A stretch of 64,000 bases of DNA from Sulfolobales archaeon (GTDB lineage: Archaea; Thermoproteota; Thermoprotei_A; Sulfolobales; NBVN01), in assembly GCA_025058345.1 (NCBI GenBank), contig JANXEN010000004.1, positions 50,929-114,928 of the forward strand, given 5' to 3'. The notes under the pieces are model-generated. The model had not been told where the DNA came from, ran no database searches, and was given only the letters and a program-made list of their open reading frames with translations. The translations under genes and the position numbers were made by a program. How positions within the stretch are numbered: position 1 is the first letter of the stretch; the number at the start of each line of letters is the position of its first letter. Of this stretch, positions 56,895-64,000 are shown in pieces.

Positions 56895-58073
56895 GTGGAT
56901 ACTTCTAAGGCAATGATTAGGTTCTTAAATAGGAATCTCATAGACTTCACGATAATGAAGTTAGCCAGGCAGGGAATTAGGGAATTCTATCTCGGGGTTA
57001 GTGGTTACGTAAATTATGTGGGGTTGTTTGACCACTTAGGTAGCGGTGAAGCCTTTGCTTATAAATTGAACCTACACGACAGTGAAATTAGGGTTAGATA
57101 CCAACCTAACATCGAATCTAGAGGTAATGCGGAATCTGTTAAATTAATTATGGATTACTACGACTTGAATGAAGACTTGGTGGTTGTTCAGGGGGATACT
57201 TTATTTGATGTAGCCCTAAGCGACTTGTACTACTTCCATAAGGATAAAGGGGCTTACATGACCATCGTGCTTAAGGAATTGGAAGATGAGTCTAAACTTA
57301 GGCACTTCGGTGTTGCAGATATTAATCCTGACGGTCAAATATTAAGGTTTGTGGAAAAGCCGCAGACCCCTTCGGAAGCGCCATCCAACCTCATAAATAC
57401 TGGAATATACATAGTGTCTGCAGAGTTTAGGGATTTCTTCAGCAGTGGTGTAGGTAAGAATCTTTATGAGGCCGGTGAATTAGATTTCGGGAGGAATGTA
57501 ATTCCTGCCTTAATAGATTGTGGATTAAAAGTTTATGGTTATGTATCCAAAGGGCTGTGGTTCGATATCGGTAACCCAGATGCTTATAAGGAATCGGTGC
57601 ATTATATGTTAAGAGCTTTAAGCGATGAAGAACTAAATGTTGACTTCTCATATTCTGGAATTAGGTTCATGGGTAAGACGGCACTCTCTAGGAAACTTCA
57701 GAGGAACATCATTGATAGATTAGAGAAAGGCGACTTAAAGATTGAGGGTGACGTACTTCTAGGTAGGCACATCTTTCTAGGAAACGGTGTTAAGATACTA
57801 AACTCAGTGATAGATCACTACACAGTAGTAAATGATGAGACGTTTATTGACGACTCCATAATCATGGATAGGTGCTTCTTAGGGGGTAGGACCGTCATAA
57901 TTAACAGTATTATAGGGAGGCATGTGAAGATAGGTAATAACGTAACAATTAAGAATAGCTTAATAGGTAATAACGTATTTATAGGCAATAATGCAGTAGT
58001 AATAAATTCTAAGATATGGCCCCAAAAATACGTCGCACCCCATCAGATACTAAAAGATAGCGTAGTGACGTAA
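56895..58073 (+). CDS. Sugar-1-phosphate nucleotidyltransferase with C-terminal left-handed beta-helix; start upstream of the listed GTG
   Basis: The glycine-rich signature KAIIPIGGLGTRLYPLT lies in frame upstream (56844-56894) of the first canonical start. Other motifs are VVQGDTLF and EKPQ. C-terminal hexapeptide repeats (IGNNVxI). Confidence 0.8.
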   Translation: MDTSKAMIRFLNRNLIDFTIMKLARQGIREFYLGVSGYVNYVGLFDHLGSGEAFAYKLNLHDSEIRVRYQPNIESRGNAESVKLIMDYYDLNEDLVVVQGDTLFDVALSDLYYFHKDKGAYMTIVLKELEDESKLRHFGVADINPDGQILRFVEKPQTPSEAPSNLINTGIYIVSAEFRDFFSSGVGKNLYEAGELDFGRNVIPALIDCGLKVYGYVSKGLWFDIGNPDAYKESVHYMLRALSDEELNVDFSYSGIRFMGKTALSRKLQRNIIDRLEKGDLKIEGDVLLGRHIFLGNGVKILNSVIDHYTVVNDETFIDDSIIMDRCFLGGRTVIINSIIGRHVKIGNNVTIKNSLIGNNVFIGNNAVVINSKIWPQKYVAPHQILKDSVVT

Positions 58074-58082
58074 TAATTAGGT

Positions 58083-59309
58083 GTGGTTCTGATGGTTAAA
58101 TACATTTTTATTTTGTTTGAAGTTCATCAACCACGCAGATTACGGGGCGGCCTTACGGAAGGATTGATAAGGAACAACTCAGATCATGGTTGCCTATATA
58201 ATCTCCTCTTCGATGAAAGACGTAATGAAGACATACTTAAAAAGGTAAGTAGTAACTGCTATATACCTACTACTAAATTACTCTTAGATAATTTAAGGGA
58301 GTACAGAGGGAACATTAAGATAAACTTCAGTTTCTCAGGCATTGTTTTGGAGCAATTCATGAAGTATTTTCCAGACGCTCTGGAGTTGTTTAAAGATTTG
58401 ATTAGGTTAGAACTTGCCGATGTAGTTGTAGAGCCATACTACCATAGCTTAGTATCGGTTTACGAAGATCATGGGGAATTCATCTCACAGATAAATGAGC
58501 AAATACATCTGGTTAAGGAGTTATTTGAGGTTACACCTAAGGCATTCGTCAACACTGAGTTAATCTACAATAACCTAATAGCTAATACTGTTAAAGAAAT
58601 GGGGTTTGATGTCGTAGTTACTGAAGGTGTTGATAGGGTCCTAAACGGCAGAAATCCAAATCACGTATATCTAGGGGGTAGTTCTGGGATTAAGCTCCTA
58701 CTGAGGAATTATAGACTCAGCGATGATGTAGCCTTCAGATTCAGTAATAAGTCATGGGATCAGTACCCCCTTTTTGCTGACAGATACGTTGATTGGATTA
58801 TTCGATCACCTGGCGATTTAGCGGTCATAGCAATGGATTACGAAACTTTTGGGGAGCACCACAGGGCTGATACAGGTATTTTCGACTTTCTAAAACACTT
58901 CATTAATTACTTAGGTAAAAATGGTGTTTCCGCTCTCGGTGCCTCTGAAGTAGGTAAGGCATTCGATCCAGTCGATATCTACGATGTACCGTCAGATAGT
59001 ACCATAAGTTGGGCCGATGTGGAGAAGGATCTAAGTGCATGGTTAGGAGATAGGGAACAGATAGCAGTTTTCAATAGACATAAATCACTACTTCAGTTAA
59101 TAGGAGAATTAGGTATTGATTTACTTAAGATCTGGAGATACTTAAGTACTAGCGACCATTACTACTATATATCGTCGAAGGGTGGGGCTAGTGGCGAGGT
59201 CCATAGGTATTTCTCACCCCACGGCTCTAGAACAAACGCGTATTGCCTGTTAAATAACGCATTAACGATTCTTGAGTTAAGGATTCTTGGATACCTAAAT
59301 AGTAGGTAA
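58083..59309 (+). CDS. GH57-family glycoside hydrolase (alpha-amylase/branching-enzyme family)
   Basis: LFEVHQP N-terminus, VVEPYYH (nucleophile Glu region) and AMDYETFGEH (acid/base Asp region). Confidence 0.8.
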   Translation: MVLMVKYIFILFEVHQPRRLRGGLTEGLIRNNSDHGCLYNLLFDERRNEDILKKVSSNCYIPTTKLLLDNLREYRGNIKINFSFSGIVLEQFMKYFPDALELFKDLIRLELADVVVEPYYHSLVSVYEDHGEFISQINEQIHLVKELFEVTPKAFVNTELIYNNLIANTVKEMGFDVVVTEGVDRVLNGRNPNHVYLGGSSGIKLLLRNYRLSDDVAFRFSNKSWDQYPLFADRYVDWIIRSPGDLAVIAMDYETFGEHHRADTGIFDFLKHFINYLGKNGVSALGASEVGKAFDPVDIYDVPSDSTISWADVEKDLSAWLGDREQIAVFNRHKSLLQLIGELGIDLLKIWRYLSTSDHYYYISSKGGASGEVHRYFSPHGSRTNAYCLLNNALTILELRILGYLNSR

Positions 59310-60878
59310 TTTAATGAGTTGCGGGTAATACTCCCTCAATACTCTAATCATAGAGACCCTGGGTATGAAAGACCTCATCGATGAAAGTGAAATCCTATAA
59401 TAAGCCTCAGGATTAGAGATAATTAAGTTAGCGGCTTCGAGTAATGTCTTCTTGAGTTCCTGATACTCCCTCTCATTTATTTCATCAGCCTCAGGACCTA
59501 CGTAATTTATAGGCTCCCTTATATCGTCACCGAAGAGCCATCCATTGACACCATGAACCACCAACTCTAGAATCCCACCATCTCTAGAACTTATCGTAGG
59601 TACCGCGTTAACAGCGGCCTTCATGTAGCTAGTGCCGCAGGCCTCCCAACCTGAAAACGGCGTAAATAGAAGTAGGTCAACACCAGATAATAGTTTCTTA
59701 GCGATATCGACTGTATATTCAGGTAGGTATATAACGTTCTCCCTCTCCCTATGCAGCTTCATAAACTCTTTCATCACTTCTAATCCCCAACCGTCATTAG
59801 GATGTGCCTTACCTGATAGTATGAAAACTATACGTTTATCCCTTAATTCTTTAATTAACCTAACTATCAACCAAGGTCTCTTATAAGCTACAATTCTCCT
59901 CCCCCACATCACTAAGATCTTACCCTCAATAGAGACGTCCTTAAAATTCCTTAGAAAACCCTCTAACTCGTTCCTGATCTTACGTTTAAATTCAGGTAAG
60001 GTGTCTAGCGTTAGTTTATGTGATTCGTAAATTTCTCTCAGCTTTGGATGCATCCACCTCTCAATGTTGATGCCATTAGTTACGTAAGATAGCTTATCAC
60101 CGAAATGTGGGAAAATCTTTAACAATATATCTAAGTGTTTAGCAGATACGGCAAACGCTTGGGAAGATGCTGCGAGACCTACATCAGTTAATACCACCTC
60201 AGGATTTATTAAGTTATAGCAATATTCGCTGTGGATTAAGTTCCTTGGAAAACTCGGATGCCCCCAAATCCCTGCAGTATGTATTACAAGCCTATACTTA
60301 CCGGGTATTTTAAGGATCAACGGTAAGAACGCTGTATAGGCTTCTTGAAGATCGATGTACGTTATATTATATATTGGGATGTTTCTTCTGATGAACTCAG
60401 CAACAGATTTTGCGAAGAACGTGTACTTATAGAACTTCTCATCTAGACTACTCTCTATATATAATCTATCAATTAATTGAGAAGCCCATTGGGGGGATGT
60501 AGGTCTTAGGAATACAGCTTTCGCGTTACCATTCTCGTAGATAAGTGGTTCGACCTCAACATCTTCACTCCTTAGCCTTATCCTAAATTTATCCATGGGT
60601 TTTAAAAGCTTCAGAAATTCTTCAGGCTGAGGTTGCGGTTTAGGTATAGGATTACCATCCGCATCGAATTCGTAACTCACGTAACCATTTGAATACATTA
60701 AAGAAAAGGTGACATAACGTAACCCTAAAGTTGCTGCGGCGTAAAATTTATCACCCTCAAGAACCCCTAAGCCCCCCGCATAGGTGTGTCCTATATCTAG
60801 AGCCATATCTGGAGTTACGCTAATGATGTTGTATTCCTCACCCATTAACGGGTCAAGGGGTTCGACCGGGATAACCAT
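59295..60878 (-). CDS. glgP: Alpha-glucan (glycogen/maltodextrin) phosphorylase, short archaeal GT35 form
   Basis: YAGGLGVLEGDKFYAAATLG N-terminal motif and the EACGTSYMKAAVN PLP-lysine motif. Confidence 0.8.
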   Translation of the reverse strand: MVIPVEPLDPLMGEEYNIISVTPDMALDIGHTYAGGLGVLEGDKFYAAATLGLRYVTFSLMYSNGYVSYEFDADGNPIPKPQPQPEEFLKLLKPMDKFRIRLRSEDVEVEPLIYENGNAKAVFLRPTSPQWASQLIDRLYIESSLDEKFYKYTFFAKSVAEFIRRNIPIYNITYIDLQEAYTAFLPLILKIPGKYRLVIHTAGIWGHPSFPRNLIHSEYCYNLINPEVVLTDVGLAASSQAFAVSAKHLDILLKIFPHFGDKLSYVTNGINIERWMHPKLREIYESHKLTLDTLPEFKRKIRNELEGFLRNFKDVSIEGKILVMWGRRIVAYKRPWLIVRLIKELRDKRIVFILSGKAHPNDGWGLEVMKEFMKLHRERENVIYLPEYTVDIAKKLLSGVDLLLFTPFSGWEACGTSYMKAAVNAVPTISSRDGGILELVVHGVNGWLFGDDIREPINYVGPEADEINEREYQELKKTLLEAANLIISNPEAYYRISLSSMRSFIPRVSMIRVLREYYPQLIKLPTI

Positions 60879-61015
60879 TGCTAATCACTACCTCACCAAG
60901 CTTTACTATAGTATGATTACTTGCTATTTAACACTTTCTACTTTAAAAATTAATCTTAAGTCATTATAAGATCGTAGGTGGTTCCATCACTAGATTAATT
61001 AACTTCTACACATCT

Positions 61016-61657
61016 ATGATTGAGGGAAAATCATTGCATTTAGATGTTGTGAAGTTGATTTACGAGTTAAGTAAGGAAGAACATGAGAAACACATTAGGG
61101 ATTTAAATACTTATTGGGTTTCCGACCTAGTTAGGTGTTTACTGAAAAAAGATTATGAGGTGAAGTACCCAGAATTGAGTCTTAGGGATATCTTCATCCC
61201 CTACTACATCTCAGGCACCTTAATACATAAGGGGCTGCAGAGCATTCTGAAAGAGAAATTTGGTGAACGCGTAGAGACCGAAGTTGAAGGTGTTAAGGAG
61301 GTGCTACTTCCGGATGGAGGTAAGGTAATAGTTAAAGGTAGGGTTGATGCAATACTATTCAGCGAAGGCGTTAGGGTTGGACTAGAAATTAAGACCTCAA
61401 GGTCTGACTTAAACATCCCTCATGAGCAGCATTTAGAGCAAGTTATGATTTACAATTGGTTGATGGATCTACATCACTCCTTACTTATTTATATCACCTT
61501 AGATAGAGTCACGCAGTTTAGCGTGCTTGATAAGTTCTCTGAATCTGAAGTAGCGGATATAATAGTTAATGCGAAATATCCTAGGTATAGTTGGGAATGT
61601 AACTACTGCGTGTACGCAGTTATGTGCCCTTATAAAAGAGCTCTAGGCACTAAATGA
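61016..61657 (+). CDS. Cas4-family PD-(D/E)xK nuclease with Fe-S cysteines, stand-alone (no CRISPR/cas neighbours)
   Basis: N-terminal Cys (DLVRC), GRVDAI...GLEIKTS (D..ExK), QVMIYNWL (QhxxY) and the C-terminal CNYCVYAVMCP (Cx2Cx5C). Confidence 0.7.
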   Translation: MIEGKSLHLDVVKLIYELSKEEHEKHIRDLNTYWVSDLVRCLLKKDYEVKYPELSLRDIFIPYYISGTLIHKGLQSILKEKFGERVETEVEGVKEVLLPDGGKVIVKGRVDAILFSEGVRVGLEIKTSRSDLNIPHEQHLEQVMIYNWLMDLHHSLLIYITLDRVTQFSVLDKFSESEVADIIVNAKYPRYSWECNYCVYAVMCPYKRALGTK

Positions 61658-61713
61658 CTTAGTTAATCATGAATTAAGTAATAGCGCGTTATGGGTTCAA
61701 CTATCGGTGATCT

Positions 61714-62319
61714 ATGTTGCTAGAGGTGTTTGAATGTTCTAAAGAATGTGTAGATGTGATAGATGAGGTAATATATAGTGCAATGGAACATTACCACATC
61801 CGCTACGTTAACGCCTGCTTAGGTCTTGGCATATGTAGGGGTTTAGTAGCTGTTTTAAATGGTAATGTATGTGGTGTAGGTGTCTATTACGTAGTTGAGT
61901 CATATCCCCATAAGGTCGGTATTCATTACTACGTTGCAGTTAAGGCGGAGTTTAGAGGTATGGGAGTTGGTAAGGCGTTGATTTCATCGATGGAAGAGCT
62001 CATGTCATCAGATCATGTCAGCATATACTTAGCGACTGCTAAAAGTGGGAATGAAGTCATTAAATCCATTCTTAGTAGGTTGGGATATATCGAAGTACCT
62101 TTAAATTCTTTAGGAAGGTTGTCAGATGTCGTAAAGAAATTGACATGCGGATATGATGACGACTTATTATTCATGAGGTTCTACAATAATCTTAATAAAT
62201 TACCGACTTCAGCGTTGGATTTCCTTACAGCTCATCCTAATTCAGATCTAATTAATAAGTTATGGCGCAAGTTGTGCTATGATGTATGGCGAAATACTCA
62301 AAACATTGATGTAACTTAA
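61714..62319 (+). CDS. GNAT-family N-acetyltransferase
   Basis: Motif A VAVKAEFRGMGVGKALI. Confidence 0.7.
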   Translation: MLLEVFECSKECVDVIDEVIYSAMEHYHIRYVNACLGLGICRGLVAVLNGNVCGVGVYYVVESYPHKVGIHYYVAVKAEFRGMGVGKALISSMEELMSSDHVSIYLATAKSGNEVIKSILSRLGYIEVPLNSLGRLSDVVKKLTCGYDDDLLFMRFYNNLNKLPTSALDFLTAHPNSDLINKLWRKLCYDVWRNTQNIDVT

Positions 62320-62367
62320 GTCATCCTTAATAATCTAATTCAAGATATTCGATTGGTGTGTTAAGTA

Positions 62368-63687
62368 TTGGAGGAGGAAGTTGTATCGATATTAAGTGAT
62401 TTGGTCTCCATCCCTACAGTAAATGACCCTGTTAGGGGTATAAAACCTTCAATTGATGCCGCTAGGTATATACATGAGTACCTCGCAAGGCATAGCATCG
62501 AATCCAAAATCGTTGAGTCAGATGGGTTCTACAGCGTTATAGGTTCCGTAGGAAGCGGCGATCCTCAATTAATGTTCTTAGCTCATTATGATGTAGTGCC
62601 TGTTGAAGGGCAGTCATGGAATTACGACCCTTTTAAGTTGACTATAGTTGATGGTAAGGCTTTCGGCAGAGGGTCGTTGGATGATAAGTCTAATGTTGCA
62701 GCATTCATGGTAACCTTAAAAGAGTTAAGTAAGTTAAACATCAGTAAGAAAATCTTATTCGCATTTACTGGTGATGAGGAGGTTAGTGGTGAGAACGGTG
62801 CGCATTTAATTGTTAAGGACTTACTAAACACGAACTCACTGCCTAAATACTTAGTAAATGGTGATGGCGCTAACCATACTGTAATTTACAGAAGGAGAAA
62901 GATATTTGAGGTATTAATGAGGGTTCCTAAGAAGTTGAAAGTCGTCAAGGGTAGTAGGTATACCAAATCATTTAATTCTTACTATCCAGTAAGCCAACAT
63001 GCACATGCTGCGTACTTTGTTGCAGGAGTTGACGTACATCCATTACTAAGTGCTTCAGTATTTGTTAGGGAGATGAAGGCGTACGTAAGTCGACTATGCG
63101 GTAATTTCGTAAAATCTAATGTAGTGCCTCAATTTATCGATTTAGAATACGTAATCCCTGAACGATCCGGTGATGAATGTATCGTAGATTTAGGTCTAAC
63201 GGACTTAGTTAGAGGCTTAATAGCTATTACTAAGATGCCTATCGCAGTTAAGGCTTTCAGCGAGTACGGCATATCGATAAACCCTAACGTCTACTATTTT
63301 AACGATATGCATAACTTAGTATTTGATGTTAGGGCTATGAGTACTAAGGAATTAGTTTTAGACGCATTTAAGGCAGCTTTGAAGGAACTCTCCTTAGATG
63401 CTGAGGTGTATGTTCAGAGTGATGTTGGAGGTTACATGAATACATCGAGAAGTTGCTTACTTATAAAAGCTTTTGAGGAAGTTCTTAATGGACTTGACTT
63501 AAGATATAGTGTTGGTGAGGGAGCAGGAGCGAGTGACTCAAGGTATTTTGTTATACATAGTGTTGACGCAGTAGATTTCGGACCTGTAGGTGGTGGTATG
63601 CACGGCAGTGATGAATATGTAGATATGTCATCGTTGAAGATGCTGCCTAAGGTATATTTAGAGGTTGCTAAAAAGGTACTATTTTAG
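62368..63687 (+). CDS. M20-family metallopeptidase/deacylase (ArgE/DapE/LysK-like)
   Basis: Motifs AHYDVVP, GRGSLDDKSN, GDEEVSG and the C-terminal GGGMHGSDEY. Confidence 0.8.
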   Translation: MEEEVVSILSDLVSIPTVNDPVRGIKPSIDAARYIHEYLARHSIESKIVESDGFYSVIGSVGSGDPQLMFLAHYDVVPVEGQSWNYDPFKLTIVDGKAFGRGSLDDKSNVAAFMVTLKELSKLNISKKILFAFTGDEEVSGENGAHLIVKDLLNTNSLPKYLVNGDGANHTVIYRRRKIFEVLMRVPKKLKVVKGSRYTKSFNSYYPVSQHAHAAYFVAGVDVHPLLSASVFVREMKAYVSRLCGNFVKSNVVPQFIDLEYVIPERSGDECIVDLGLTDLVRGLIAITKMPIAVKAFSEYGISINPNVYYFNDMHNLVFDVRAMSTKELVLDAFKAALKELSLDAEVYVQSDVGGYMNTSRSCLLIKAFEEVLNGLDLRYSVGEGAGASDSRYFVIHSVDAVDFGPVGGGMHGSDEYVDMSSLKMLPKVYLEVAKKVLF

Positions 63688-63690
63688 GGG

Positions 63691-63730
63691 GGAGGTGAAT
63701 TTACGCCTCCTTCTTCTCCTTCTTCTTTTC
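63691..63730 (+). terminator. Hairpin GGAGGTG-AATTTA-CGCCTCC followed by a long pyrimidine/T-rich tract, 4 nt after the M20 gene stop
   Basis: 7-bp stem (one G-U pair) read directly, followed by TTCTTCTCCTTCTTCTTTTCC. Confidence 0.35.
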
Positions 63731-63838
63731 CTTACCGCGGCTACATTTAGGCATATTTAGGACCCTTTATTAATTTACTTATTAAGTATTAATAAAATTA
63801 ACTCACCTGATTTCCAATAACATTTGATTAGTTGGATT

Positions 63839-64000
63839 ATGTTAGAGTTTTAGCTGTTTTAACAGCGCCGATGATTTTAGATACTTCAACACCTCTTTTA
63901 GCCTTAGTTACCTCAACCTCTTCAGTAAATACTATAGCGCCTGAAGGGCATGTGCTTGCACATGCTGGCGGTAGGTTCTTCGCTAATCTATGTCTACATA
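63839..64000 (-). CDS. C-terminal end of a 4Fe-4S dicluster-domain protein; gene continues beyond the right window edge
   Basis: Own translation of the minus strand: CRHRLAKNLPPACASTCPSGAIVFTEEVEVTKAKRGVEVSKIIGAVKTAKTLT, then stop. The C..PPAC...CPSGAI motif is ferredoxin-like. Confidence 0.5.

Noticed and set aside
60784-60969. A 61-aa + strand ORF overlapping the glgP start.
   Set aside because: It is antisense to the conserved glgP N-terminus (AGGLGVLEGD region) and then runs into an AT-rich spacer, so it is likely spurious.

Overview
This is a gene-dense (about 90% coding), AT-rich 64-kb chromosomal segment that looks archaeal and crenarchaeal (Thermoproteales/Sulfolobales-like). The basis is gene content: type II GAPDH, split transketolase, NAC, a beta-CASP aCPSF2-type RNase, a TIP49/RuvBL homologue, a PAC2 chaperone, an archaeal-type glycogen cluster, an intein, oligo-T tracts after genes, and A/T-rich boxes about 25-30 nt upstream of starts. 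I support about 66 protein-coding genes (two truncated by the window edges), one tRNA-Pro(UGG) and one intein. I saw no rRNA, CRISPR array, transposase or integrase. Recognisable blocks: (i) 0.8-4.8 kb, an uncharacterised Fe-S two-gene module, an orphan TAXI solute-binding protein and an MFS transporter. (ii) 5.7-11.2 kb, gap, a LarA-type racemase homologue and divergent tctCBA. (iii) 15.3-25.1 kb, split transketolase and a leuCD-leuA-ilvB-ilvN-ilvC / ilvD branched-chain amino-acid supercluster. (iv) 28.5-32.1 kb, a RavA-like AAA+ ATPase whose P-loop is split by a 383-aa intein, translationally coupled to a ViaA-like VWA protein, next to tRNA-Pro. (v) 38.2-43.1 kb, an operon of MacB/FtsE-type ABC ATPase, a 980-aa eight-repeat surface protein and an FtsX-type permease. 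(vi) 51-61 kb, inositol-1-phosphate synthase, TIP49 and a glycogen locus (glgA, an unknown 495-aa gene, a sugar-1-P nucleotidyltransferase, GH57, glgP). (vii) a stand-alone Cas4-family nuclease. Best candidates for something undescribed are the ABC/eight-repeat surface-protein operon, the intein-split RavA-ViaA pair, the conserved unknown gene welded to glgA, and a recurrent anomaly. In that anomaly, five genes have family-conserved N-terminal segments lying in frame upstream of the first ATG/GTG/TTG with no canonical start available. All functional calls come from motif recognition by eye; no searches were run.
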